A DNA stretch of 64,000 bases from a candidate division WS1 bacterium (GTDB lineage: Bacteria > Armatimonadota > Zipacnadia > Zipacnadales > UBA5352): NCBI GenBank assembly GCA_012522765.1, contig JAAYJW010000331.1, positions 2,331 to 66,330 on the forward strand, written 5' to 3'. Numbering within the stretch: position 1 is the stretch's first letter; the number at the start of each line of letters is the position of its first letter. Under the pieces are notes generated by a model. That model searched no databases. It had not been told where the DNA came from and saw only the letters and a program-made list of their open reading frames with translations. Positions 55,144-64,000 of this stretch are shown here, in pieces. Position numbers and translations under genes: made by a program.

Positions 55144-55911
55144 ATGAGGCACGAGTGTGAGGAGATCAGGGAAGCGTTTTCAGCACTGCTTGATGGCGAG
55201 TTGAGCGAGACTCGCCGCAAGCTGGTGGCCGCGCATCTGCTTGTCTGCCCCGAATGCAGCACGGAGGCGGGACGTGTGATGGCCGCGAAGGGCCTCGTGG
55301 AGCGCGAGGAGCAGCATGCGCCGGTCCCGGCGGACTTCATGACGCGACTGCGCGCAGGGCTCGATCAGGCAGATGGCGTTCGGCAGCATGTCCGCCGCTC
55401 TGCACCGGCCCGCCGTGTGACGGCACTGGCCGCGGCGGGAGCAATCGCAGTAAGCATTGCCATCATCCTCAGCACCATGTTCTTCATGAGCAACGACAAT
55501 GCGCTGGCGCTGGCGCAGATGCACCAGCAGGTCATTGGCATGCCGGGCCCGATCCCGGGCGGCGGCTTTGCCGAGATAAGCTGCAATCCCAGTCGTGATG
55601 GGTGGACTGAACTGCACCGGGCGCTGATGCGCCCTGAGGGCACACTCGTTACTTACACGCTCTACCGCGTCGGCAGTTGCCCGGTATCGGTCTTCGATGG
55701 ACCCTCGACATGGGAGCCCTACCGCTCGGGCTGGCGCGTTACCGAGCGCATCGACGGCTTCAATGTGCGGCAGGTGGGCGATCACTCCATGACATCATGG
55801 GTGACCGGCGGGCGGCGCTACGTGCTGATCGCTACCGCACCGCCCGCGGATACCGCCGCCCTTGCGCGCGTTCATGCCTCCTCAGCACAGGGAAGGTCCC
55901 CCGGGCTGTAG
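55144..55911 (+). CDS. Anti-sigma factor (zf-HC2) with TM segment and periplasmic domain
   Basis: H-x3-C-x2-C (AHLLVCPECS). Coupled to the sigma gene (TGAcATG). TM segment LAAAGAIAVSIAIILSTMFF. Confidence 0.8.
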   Translation: MRHECEEIREAFSALLDGELSETRRKLVAAHLLVCPECSTEAGRVMAAKGLVEREEQHAPVPADFMTRLRAGLDQADGVRQHVRRSAPARRVTALAAAGAIAVSIAIILSTMFFMSNDNALALAQMHQQVIGMPGPIPGGGFAEISCNPSRDGWTELHRALMRPEGTLVTYTLYRVGSCPVSVFDGPSTWEPYRSGWRVTERIDGFNVRQVGDHSMTSWVTGGRRYVLIATAPPADTAALARVHASSAQGRSPGL

Positions 55912-55963
55912 CGGCGAAAGTGCTTCCCTGCCGACCAGCAACCACGCGCAGGAGGCGCTACAG

Positions 55964-56605
55964 GTGAGACATCGGCTTGCTCTCCTCATAGTCGTGCTGA
56001 TTACGGCCGCAACGATCTGCGATGCGCAGGCACCCGTGCGCGAGCCTCTTCAGCCGGGAGCCATCGCCCCGGATTTCACCGCCACCACCCTCGAGGGCGT
56101 CCCCGTCACACTCGCGCAGTGGCAGGACAGGGTCGTAGTGCTGAACTACTTCATCACCTGGTATCGGGATGCGGCCGAGCACCTCGACATGATGGAGGAG
56201 CTTCAGGACACCTACTCCGCCGAGGGGATGCGCCTGCTCTCCATCAGCCTTGATGAGGGCGAGCGTGGCCTGCAGCAGGTACGCGATCTGCTGCGTGAGA
56301 AGCAGATCGCGCACCCGATCGTCCTCGACCCCGAGCAGTTGGTGGCGGGAGTGTACGGCGTCCGGGCGCTACCTGCCATCTTCGTGATCGGCCGCGATGG
56401 CAAGATAGTCTACTACCACGAGGGCTACTCCGAGGGCGATGAGGTGCGTCTGGCGCGCGTGATCGCGCAGGCGCTGGGCGTGGATACGCCTGAGGAGCCA
56501 ACTACCGAAGCTACTGATACCACGGCGGAGGAACCGGCGACTGCGGAAGCTGCCGAGGCGCCTGAGGAGCCTGTCTGCCGCTGCTTCCGGCAGGAGGGAC
56601 AGTAG
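55964..56605 (+). CDS. TlpA/ResA-like thioredoxin-fold protein lacking the CXXC active site
   Basis: TlpA fold (APDFTATTLEGVPVTLAQWQDRVVVLNYF...ALPAIFVIGRDGKIVY) in which the CXXC position reads ITWYRD. GTG start with GGAGG RBS. Acidic tail ending in CRCF. Confidence 0.65.
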   Translation: MRHRLALLIVVLITAATICDAQAPVREPLQPGAIAPDFTATTLEGVPVTLAQWQDRVVVLNYFITWYRDAAEHLDMMEELQDTYSAEGMRLLSISLDEGERGLQQVRDLLREKQIAHPIVLDPEQLVAGVYGVRALPAIFVIGRDGKIVYYHEGYSEGDEVRLARVIAQALGVDTPEEPTTEATDTTAEEPATAEAAEAPEEPVCRCFRQEGQ

Positions 56606-56690
56606 CGGGCGTACAATAGACACATCCGTATGAACGCGGCGGTTCCCGGAGCGGGGGCCGCCGCTTCCGCTTGAGGTAACGATGGGAGCG

Positions 56691-58085
56691 ATGACAGTGC
56701 AACCACTCGCATGCGTGATCCTCGCCGCCGGTGGCGGGACGAGGATGAAGTCCAGCACCCCGAAGCCACTGCACGAGGTCTGCGGGCGACCGATGATCGA
56801 GCATGTGCTGGATACCGTGGAGCGGCTTGGGTCCGATCCGACTGTCGTCGTGGTCGGGGTGGGCGCCGGGCTGATCCGCGAGGCGGTCTCCGGGCGCGCC
56901 ACCGATTGCGAGCAGGCCGAGCAGCTTGGCACGGGCCACGCAGTACTCTGCGCGATGCCGGAGCTGCAGGGCTTTGAGGGCGATGTGCTGGTCACCTGCG
57001 CCGATGTGCCGCTGGTGACCGAGGAGACGCTCCGGGCGCTGGTCGAGCAGCATCAGGCAGAGGACGCTGCCGCATCGGTGCTGACCACGGAGGTGCCGGA
57101 CCCCACCGGCTACGGCCGGCTTGTGCGCGAGCCATCCGGCGCGGTCGCGGCGATCGTGGAGCATCGTGACGCAACCGAAGAGCAGCGCGCGATCCGCGAG
57201 ATCAACGCAGGCATCTACGTCTTTCGCATGGACGCACTCGCCGCGGCACTCGATCAGCTTAGGCCTGACAATGACCAGGGCGAACTCTACCTGACCGACG
57301 CCATCGGCATACTCGTCGGCGCCGGCAGGCCTGTCGCCGCAGTGAAGACCGCGGATTGCGCGGAGGTCATGGGCATCAACAACCGCATTCAGCTTGCGGA
57401 GGCCGAGCGCATCGCCCGCGACCGCATCCGCGAGCGACACATGCTCGCCGGTGTGACGCTGCTCGACCCGCCATCGACCTTCATCGACGCCCGCGTCACC
57501 ATCGGCACGGACACGGTCATCGGCCCGGGCTGTCAGTTGATCGGCGCCACCAACGTGGGATCAAGCTGCGAGATTCGCTCGCATGTGGTGCTGCGCTCGG
57601 CGACCGTTGGCGACGGTGTGCTGCTGCGCGATCATACGGTAATCGAAGACAGCGCAGTCGGCGACGAGGCACAGGTGGGGCCGTTCTCGCTGGTGCGGGG
57701 CAACAGCACTGTCGGGCGCGGCTGCAAGCTGGGATCATCGGCGGAGATGAACCGCTCGCACCTTGGCGACGGCTCGAAGATGCAGCACTTCTCCTACCTC
57801 GGCGACGCAACGGTGGGCGAGGACGTCAACATCGGCGCGGGCGCGATCACCTGCAACTACGATGGCGTGGACAAGCACCCGACGACGATCGAGGATGGCG
57901 TCTTCATCGGCAGTGACACTATCCTCGTGGCGCCCGTCACCATCGGCCGCGAGGCGTATACCGCCGCCGGGTCGGTCATCACCCACGACGTGCCGCCGGG
58001 AGCGCTGGCTATCGAACGGACCGATCAGCGCACCATTGACGGCTGGGCCGAGCGGGTGCGCATTCGCAGGGAGCAGAAGCAGTAG
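56691..58085 (+). CDS. glmU: Bifunctional UDP-GlcNAc pyrophosphorylase / GlcN-1-P acetyltransferase
   Basis: N-terminal LAAGGGTRM nucleotidyltransferase fold plus C-terminal left-handed beta-helix hexapeptide repeats. Confidence 0.9.
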   Translation: MTVQPLACVILAAGGGTRMKSSTPKPLHEVCGRPMIEHVLDTVERLGSDPTVVVVGVGAGLIREAVSGRATDCEQAEQLGTGHAVLCAMPELQGFEGDVLVTCADVPLVTEETLRALVEQHQAEDAAASVLTTEVPDPTGYGRLVREPSGAVAAIVEHRDATEEQRAIREINAGIYVFRMDALAAALDQLRPDNDQGELYLTDAIGILVGAGRPVAAVKTADCAEVMGINNRIQLAEAERIARDRIRERHMLAGVTLLDPPSTFIDARVTIGTDTVIGPGCQLIGATNVGSSCEIRSHVVLRSATVGDGVLLRDHTVIEDSAVGDEAQVGPFSLVRGNSTVGRGCKLGSSAEMNRSHLGDGSKMQHFSYLGDATVGEDVNIGAGAITCNYDGVDKHPTTIEDGVFIGSDTILVAPVTIGREAYTAAGSVITHDVPPGALAIERTDQRTIDGWAERVRIRREQKQ

Positions 58086-58104
58086 GCGTTTCAGGAGGAT
58101 CAGC

Positions 58105-59001
58105 GTGATACAACTGGGCATCGTCTCGCTTGAGTCGACGCATGTGGACGCGTTCTGCCGCATCTTCAACTCCGACTCCTCAGAGCCGCTGCGCCTCGAG
58201 GGCGCTGTGATCTCGGCGTTCTGCAGTCAGGACGACGACCCGTCGCGCGTGGCGCAGCTTCAGCAACAGTGGGGCGTCGAGGTGGTGATGTCGCATCCGC
58301 GAGACCTGCTCGGCATGGTGGACGCGGTGCTGCTCTGCGCGCGCGATGGCTCGCTGCACCTCCAGCAGGCGCTCCCGTTCCTCGAGGAGGGCATGCCGGT
58401 CTTCGTGGACAAGCCACTGGCGCTATCGCTCGATGATGCGCATGACATGCTGGACCTGGCGCTGGAGAACGGCGCGCCGCTGATGTCGGCGTCGGGGCTG
58501 CGCTACTGCGAGGAACTTGAGGCGGCGCTGGCCCAGCTTGGCGACGGGGAGATCGTGCATGCGAACCTCATCGGCCCCGGCGAACTCTTCTTCTACGGCA
58601 TCCACCTCACGGACATACTCAACGCCGTCATGGGGCCGGGCGTGCAGGCGGTGGCGAACCTCGGCGAGATGGAGTTCGACCTGATCTCGGTGAGCTACGC
58701 GGACGGTCGCTCGGCCTCGCTGCAGCTTCTGCGCGATCCAGCGCCGCGGCATCAGGGCCAGCTTTTCACCAGCGAGACCTCAGTGCGCTTTGAGGTGCGT
58801 GCCGGGACCTTCTACAGGCGGATGATGCAGCAGTTCCTCGCGATGATCGAGACGGGCGAGCCGCCGATCCACTGCGAGGACATGCTGGAGGCGATCGTGG
58901 TGCTGCTGGCGGCGCAGCGTTCGCAGCAGCAGGGTGGCCGTGCAGTGCGGCTCTCGGAGATCCGCTCGGATCGCGAGTCCCTGCAGCCGACGATACACTG
59001 A
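58105..59001 (+). CDS. Gfo/Idh/MocA-like protein (divergent)
   Basis: GTG start with AGGAGGA RBS. IQLGIVSLESTHVDAFCRIF N-terminal Rossmann-like region. Follows glmU at 20 nt. Confidence 0.6.
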   Translation: MIQLGIVSLESTHVDAFCRIFNSDSSEPLRLEGAVISAFCSQDDDPSRVAQLQQQWGVEVVMSHPRDLLGMVDAVLLCARDGSLHLQQALPFLEEGMPVFVDKPLALSLDDAHDMLDLALENGAPLMSASGLRYCEELEAALAQLGDGEIVHANLIGPGELFFYGIHLTDILNAVMGPGVQAVANLGEMEFDLISVSYADGRSASLQLLRDPAPRHQGQLFTSETSVRFEVRAGTFYRRMMQQFLAMIETGEPPIHCEDMLEAIVVLLAAQRSQQQGGRAVRLSEIRSDRESLQPTIH

Positions 59002-59019
59002 CGGGGCAGCGGCCGTCGC

Positions 59020-59170
59020 CGTTCGGAGCGACGGATCTCGTCGTGTAGATGCGTCGGCCGTTCGTCGTTGTGGCCCCGGTGCCTCGCCGGGGCGCGCCGC
59101 TCTACGGGAGGGGCGAAGCCGGTGCCGCCACCTTCTCAGCCGTTGCCGTCACTTGTCGGCGGCGAAGCCG
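59020..59170. repeat. Cluster of GC-rich hairpins, REP-like
   Basis: Hairpins ccgtcgccgttcggagcgacgg, gccccggtgcctcgccggggc, ggcggcgaagccgcc, and motif gtcgttgtggccc shared with 63977-63989. Confidence 0.5.
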
Positions 59171-59328
59171 CCACCTGTGCGGCGCGATAGCGCCGCCCTG
59201 TTGAAAAAGCCGTGTGTCGTTCGCATGAGCGGGCGAGGGCGTACCCCCGCTGCTCTCTCCCGGAAGGATTCCGCCGCCTCTGCCGGAACTGACCTCCCGT
59301 GCGTACGACGCGCCCGGAGGTCTCGCTC

Positions 59329-62300
59329 ATGCGTCTAACTGCTCTGGCCGCCTTGCTGATCGTCATCGCGGCGCCGCTATTCGCCGCAGAAATGCTCCCC
59401 ACTCCCGCCGCGACTGCCGGCATGACCGACGCGCCTCCCGTCATTGACGGCGCGCTTGATGATACATGCTGGCAGAGCGCCGCGATCCTCGGTAGCTTCG
59501 TCGAGCTTGACGGCTCAGGCCTCGCGGCTCCCGCGACTGAAGCCCGCGTCTGCTGGGACGCCGAGCACCTCTACGTCGGCGTGCGCTGCGATGAGCCGAA
59601 CATGAAGGCAGTCAAAGCGCAGATGAAAGAGCGCGATGACGCAGTCTGGCGCGACGACTGCGTGGAGATCTTCATTGACACGAACCTCGACCGCAGCAGC
59701 TTCTATCACTTCGCCATCAACGCCCTCGGCACCGTCTGGGACGAGGTGCGCCCCGGGAGCGCCGAGTGGAACGCCAACGTGCAGTCCGCGGGCAGCCGCG
59801 GGGAGAAGCAGTGGACGGTGGAGGTCGCCATCCCGCTGGCCGACCTCGGTGGCGCGCAACCGGGCGACCGCTGGGGCCTCAACATCGGCCGCGAGCGCAA
59901 CATCTCCCGCACTGAACTCAGCGCGTGGTCGCCCACCTACGGCAAGTTCCTCGAGCCCGCGCGCTTCGGCGAACTCCTGCTCTCCGATCAACCCGGCGGC
60001 GTCACCTGGACACTGCTCGACCAGCCCCTCTTCGGCCCCTGCCGCGTCGCAGTAAGCTCCGCGCGCGAGGCGACTCCGTCGCTGAACGTGGTGCGCGACA
60101 CATCGGCGGGCGCCGGCACGGCAGCCTTCCCCGCGCCGACACTGGTGGCCGGCGCCGATCCGGCAGACCCGCAGCTTGCGCACCACTGGCTGGGCAGCTA
60201 CCGCATCGTTGACGGCTCCGAGCAGGGGCTGGTGATCGAGCAGCGGGCTGGCGAGGACCTGCTCTTCCGCCAGGCGGTGCCGATCACGATCACCCCCGCG
60301 CCGAAGCTCCCGCTGCTTGCTCGTGAGAGTGCGGCGCTGCAGGGCCGGGTGGCCGCGATAGAGGGCCTCGGTGACGACCTGACGCAGCTTGTCGCCGACA
60401 CGAGTGACCTCGTCACGCAGTTCGTGCAGGGAAACCTTCAGCGCGAGGAGCCGATGACGCAGGCGCAGTGGGCGACCACCGCCGCGGAGCACTCGGCGCT
60501 GCTGACGCGCATCTCCGGCATCTCCTGCGTGGTCTGGACGCAGTCCCCGCTGCTGGGCCTGCAGCGCGACGCGGTGCCACCGTCCCTGCAGCCGGATGCC
60601 TCGCTGCGCATGGTCGCGTGCGGCAATGAGGTAGAGTCCGGAGCGATCAACATCACGAACCTCGCGGATGCAACCTTCGAGGGCCGCCTGACCATCGGCG
60701 ACCTGCGCTTCAGCAGCAGCGTCGCCGCCGACCCGGCCGCGCAGAACCTCGTCGCGAACGGCGACTTCGCCACCGACGCGAACGAGGATGGCATGCCCGA
60801 TGGCTGGCAGGCGACCAGCCGCGAAGGGGCATGGGCGCTGGAGGAGCAGCCGGATGGCTCCAACTCGTTCGTGTTGTCCGGCGAGGGCGAGACGTCGGTG
60901 GTGATCCGCCGCTCCGTGGCGCTTGAGCCCGGAAAGACCTACACGGTGGCCGCCGAGATGTCCGCTGAGAGCTTGCCGGCGGGAGGCGGACAGCTTTCCA
61001 TCATCAACCGCGGGTGGACATGGTCGCGCAGCATCCAGCCGCTGACGCCGCGCTCGGCGCTGAGCGAGTACTCGACCTCGTTCGAGGCACCTGAGTCCGA
61101 CTTCTTCCAGGTGGTGCTGCGGCTGGCAAGCCCCTCCGGCGGCACCATCCGCTATCACAACGTGCGCATCGTCGAGGGCGGCGGCGGAGAGAGCAGCTTC
61201 TCACCGGATTGCATCACATTCCACGAGGCGGAGTATCAGGAACTGCTGATCGGCCAGACAGTCTGCGACCCGCTCCCGGTGATGAACGAGGCGCGGGTGA
61301 TTCGCGTCGCCCCGGGCGAGAGCCGGCAGATATTCCTCAACGTGGACACCTCGGGACTGCCACCGGGCGAGTATTCGGCGACGATGCTGCTGCGCCCGCA
61401 CGATCGGCAGTTGCCGCAGAAGTCCGTCCCGCTGCGGCTCACGGTGTTGCCGGTGCGCCTTCCCGACCGCATGCCGATCGCGACCTTCAACTGGGACTAC
61501 GCGCGCAACGAGCGCTACGTGGAGGACCTCGTGGCGCATCACACCAACAGCTTCCTGCTCAGCACCGGCCCGCGGATGAGCTTTGACGACGAGGGCAACG
61601 TGACCGGCGAGGCCGACTGGGCGGTTTACGATCAGATGCTGCAGGTGAAGCTGCGCCATGCGCGGGAGAACGGCGGCACCATCGTCTTCTCCTACGGAAT
61701 CGTGCGCGACTTCGAGACGACCATGCGCGGGCGGCATGGCTGGGAGTTCATGTCTGAGCCATGGCAGAAGGCCTTCCGCGCCTGGGTGGCCGAGTTCGAG
61801 CGACACATGCGCGAGGACATCGGCGTGTCGCACGATGAGTATGCGGTGCAGATCTGGGATGAGGCCACGCACACCAACGCGGAGCTTGCCCTCAAGGGCG
61901 CGCTGCTGATCCGCGAGGTGGTGCCGGAGATGCGCCTGTGCATGGACGGCGTACAGAACCCGGATGAGGTGCGCATGCTCGACCCGGTGGTTGACCTGTG
62001 GATACCGCATCAGAGCGCGCTGTACACCCGCGAGCGCGCGGAGGAGTTGCGGGAGGTCTACCGGCAGATCGCCGAGGCGGGCGAGCCCGTCTGGACCTAC
62101 ACCTGCTCGACGCACATGAAGTCGCTGAGCCCGCTGGACTACTACCGGCTGAAGGAGTGGCGTGTCTGGGAGCTTGGCCTCGGCGGGTCCTGCTACTGGG
62201 CGTACAACTCGTGGCGCGGTGACCCGTGGAATGACTTCGACGGAGAACTCGCCGACTGCGGCTCGATCTACGACGGCCCCGAGCAGCCGATCACCTCACG

Positions 62301-62802
62301 CCGCTGGGAAGCCACCCGCGACGGGCGTGAAGATTACAAGGCGATGCACCTGCTGCGCGAGGTCGCGCGAATGCAGGGCGCACAGGCGGCGGATGAGGCC
62401 GAGGCGCTGATTGATGAACTGGTCGCCCAGGTGCTGGAGGCGCCGGAGGACGTGGCGATCTTCGAGGACGCGCGGGCGCGACTGCTGACGAAGCTGATCG
62501 AGCACTGCGGCACCGGCGCGCCTGAGCTTGCAGGTCCGCCGGAGCTTCAGTGGACGGGAGAGGCGCTGCGGGTGCGCTGGGAGGCCGACGCGATGACGGA
62601 AGGCGTCCTGCGCTACCGCATCCCCGGCGATGCGCGCTGGCGCGAGGTGCGCTTCGACTCCGCGGGTGCGCATGAGGCGCTGCTGACGGACCTGCCGGCG
62701 CTTCGCGACGTGGAGTGGTACCTGCTGTGGTGGGATCACCGTGGCGCCACCGGCGCTGAGCTTGCAGGGCTGGCGAGAGATGGCTGGGCAAGGACGCGCT
62801 GA
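59329..62802 (+). CDS. Large secreted protein with N-terminal CBM9/DOMON-like carbohydrate-binding domain
   Basis: Signal peptide MRLTALAALLIVIAAPLFA. PPVIDGALDDTCW...LYVGVRCDEPN...CVEIFID matches the CBM9-like fold. C-terminal about 500 aa TIM-barrel-like region, family unassigned. Confidence 0.65.
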   Translation: MRLTALAALLIVIAAPLFAAEMLPTPAATAGMTDAPPVIDGALDDTCWQSAAILGSFVELDGSGLAAPATEARVCWDAEHLYVGVRCDEPNMKAVKAQMKERDDAVWRDDCVEIFIDTNLDRSSFYHFAINALGTVWDEVRPGSAEWNANVQSAGSRGEKQWTVEVAIPLADLGGAQPGDRWGLNIGRERNISRTELSAWSPTYGKFLEPARFGELLLSDQPGGVTWTLLDQPLFGPCRVAVSSAREATPSLNVVRDTSAGAGTAAFPAPTLVAGADPADPQLAHHWLGSYRIVDGSEQGLVIEQRAGEDLLFRQAVPITITPAPKLPLLARESAALQGRVAAIEGLGDDLTQLVADTSDLVTQFVQGNLQREEPMTQAQWATTAAEHSALLTRISGISCVVWTQSPLLGLQRDAVPPSLQPDASLRMVACGNEVESGAINITNLADATFEGRLTIGDLRFSSSVAADPAAQNLVANGDFATDANEDGMPDGWQATSREGAWALEEQPDGSNSFVLSGEGETSVVIRRSVALEPGKTYTVAAEMSAESLPAGGGQLSIINRGWTWSRSIQPLTPRSALSEYSTSFEAPESDFFQVVLRLASPSGGTIRYHNVRIVEGGGGESSFSPDCITFHEAEYQELLIGQTVCDPLPVMNEARVIRVAPGESRQIFLNVDTSGLPPGEYSATMLLRPHDRQLPQKSVPLRLTVLPVRLPDRMPIATFNWDYARNERYVEDLVAHHTNSFLLSTGPRMSFDDEGNVTGEADWAVYDQMLQVKLRHARENGGTIVFSYGIVRDFETTMRGRHGWEFMSEPWQKAFRAWVAEFERHMREDIGVSHDEYAVQIWDEATHTNAELALKGALLIREVVPEMRLCMDGVQNPDEVRMLDPVVDLWIPHQSALYTRERAEELREVYRQIAEAGEPVWTYTCSTHMKSLSPLDYYRLKEWRVWELGLGGSCYWAYNSWRGDPWNDFDGELADCGSIYDGPEQPITSRRWEATRDGREDYKAMHLLREVARMQGAQAADEAEALIDELVAQVLEAPEDVAIFEDARARLLTKLIEHCGTGAPELAGPPELQWTGEALRVRWEADAMTEGVLRYRIPGDARWREVRFDSAGAHEALLTDLPALRDVEWYLLWWDHRGATGAELAGLARDGWARTR

Positions 62803-62877
62803 GGCTCGGCGGAGGATACGTCCAGGCCGCTGACGAAGTGGCGGCTGCTATCATGCGGCCGCAGGGAGTGATCTGCG

Positions 62878-63921
62878 ATGGGCGACACACCGAGTATCGT
62901 CTTCATGAATCAAAACTTCGGCGTGCTCGACTGGTTCTACCGCGGGCCGTCGAAGCGACGGGCGGAGGAGCTTGGCTGGGAGATTCGGGTCAACGAGACC
63001 GGCGCGCCGCTCGATGCCGATCAGTGGGCGGAGATGATCGCCGACGCCAACGCGCTACTCACCACCTGGGGCACGCCGAAGCTCGATGAGACGGTGCTTG
63101 CGCGCAACGATTCGCTGCAGATCGTGGCGCACGTCGGCGGATCGGTCGCGGCAGTTGTGCCCGACAGCCTCTTCGACCGCGGTATCCGCGTCTGCACCGC
63201 CAACCCCCTGATGGCCCGCAGCGTGGCCGAGCATTGCATCATGCTGATGCTGATGGGCCTGCGGCGGGCGCACGATCATATCAAGCTGGGCCTGCGCTCG
63301 GAGCGCATGCAGCAGTACAAGGACTGGGCGATCCGCGTGCCGCAGGACTGCACCATCGGCATCTGGGGCTTCGGCGACATCGCCTCCTACGTGGTGGACA
63401 TGCTCGGGCCCTTCGAGCCGAAGGAGATACTGGTCGCGAGCGACCATCTCAGCAGTGAGGCCGCCGCTGAACGCGGGATGCGCAAGGTCGAGTTCGACGA
63501 CCTCTTCGGGCAGTCGGACGTGATCTTCACGCTTGCGGGAATGACCGTCGCCAACACCGGGCGCGTCGCGGAGAAGCAGCTTCGCGCGATGAAGAGCGGC
63601 TCGATCATCATCAACGTGGGCCGCGCGCCGCTGATCGACCCCGACCCCCTGCTTGCTGAGCTGCAGAAGGGCCGCATCATGGGCATCTTTGACGTTTTCG
63701 AGCAGGAACCGCTGCCGGTCGATCATCCGTACAATGACCTGCACAACGTCATCCTCAGCCCACACTTCGCCGGGACAGGCCGCGACATGCACTACATGGC
63801 GGCGATGCTCGATGAGATCGAGCGCCACTTCGCGGGCGAGGAGCTTCAGTATGAGGTACGGGCGTCGCGGGCGCGGCAGATGACGGACATGGGCGCGGTG
63901 CGCGAGGCGCAGAAGAAGTAG
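62878..63921 (+). CDS. D-isomer-specific 2-hydroxyacid dehydrogenase family
   Basis: NAD-binding GIWGFGDIASYV. Catalytic region SPHFAGTGRD. 347 aa. Confidence 0.85.
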   Translation: MGDTPSIVFMNQNFGVLDWFYRGPSKRRAEELGWEIRVNETGAPLDADQWAEMIADANALLTTWGTPKLDETVLARNDSLQIVAHVGGSVAAVVPDSLFDRGIRVCTANPLMARSVAEHCIMLMLMGLRRAHDHIKLGLRSERMQQYKDWAIRVPQDCTIGIWGFGDIASYVVDMLGPFEPKEILVASDHLSSEAAAERGMRKVEFDDLFGQSDVIFTLAGMTVANTGRVAEKQLRAMKSGSIIINVGRAPLIDPDPLLAELQKGRIMGIFDVFEQEPLPVDHPYNDLHNVILSPHFAGTGRDMHYMAAMLDEIERHFAGEELQYEVRASRARQMTDMGAVREAQKK

Positions 63922-63939
63922 CGAACGTGTCCAGGCGAG

Positions 63940-64000
63940 GGCGTCTGGACTCCGGTCGCTTGCGCGGGGCGTCGATCTGAGTCGTTGTGGCCCTCGCGCC
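63940..64000. repeat. REP-like element (reverse orientation) at window edge
   Basis: gtccaggcgagggcgtctggac hairpin plus gtcgttgtggccctcgcgcc (reverse complement of the GGCGCGAGGGCCACAACGAC module). Confidence 0.45.

Noticed and set aside
59515-61158. 547-aa minus-strand ORF
   Set aside because: Antisense to the CBM9-domain gene. R/A/G-rich with no motifs.

Overview
High-GC (~65-68%) bacterial chromosome segment. It is densely coding, with GGAGG-type ribosome-binding sites (RBS) and frequent ATGA/overlapping start-stop coupling. No rRNA, tRNA, CRISPR array, transposase or integrase was seen.

Housekeeping genes: rhodanese sulfurtransferase, Zn-alcohol dehydrogenase, alanine dehydrogenase, cold-shock protein, gamma-glutamyltransferase, IscU, SurA-like PPIase, PyrK-PyrD (class 1B), GlmU, an ECF sigma/anti-sigma pair, and several Gfo/Idh/MocA oxidoreductases.

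These are interleaved with genes that are more unusual:
- Three diverged paralogues of the uncharacterised DUF3604 (PHP-like) family, each in a different overlapping operon. One sits with UPF0182, a HAD hydrolase and a PurM-like protein. One sits with a DUF4139-like coiled-coil protein and a cupin. One sits with an S2P/CBS protease.
- A four-gene minus-strand operon: ABC exporter, a 1029-aa three-TM coiled-coil protein, an 856-aa TPR protein, and a DMT transporter.
- A Hanks-type kinase-fold protein whose HRD catalytic loop reads HTS (predicted pseudokinase). It is fused to a zinc ribbon plus TPR domain, and sits divergent from a 137-aa protein with the same zinc-ribbon plus TPR architecture.
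- Tandem, recently duplicated YARHG-domain proteins followed by a PEGA-amidase_3.
- A Gp49/HigB-like toxin with an XRE antitoxin.
- An ECF sigma/anti-sigma pair followed by a thioredoxin-fold protein that lacks the CXXC motif.
- An unannotated 48-aa single-TM ORF, translationally coupled between a sugar-phosphate isomerase and a NapH-like polyferredoxin.
- A family of GC-rich palindromic REP-like repeats (CCCCTGCGAGGGCGCAGGGG and GGCGGGGTACAAGCCCCCGCCC modules plus a CACAACGAC tail). These recur in at least seven intergenic regions.

Many long antisense ORFs in the six-frame track are judged to be high-GC artefacts.
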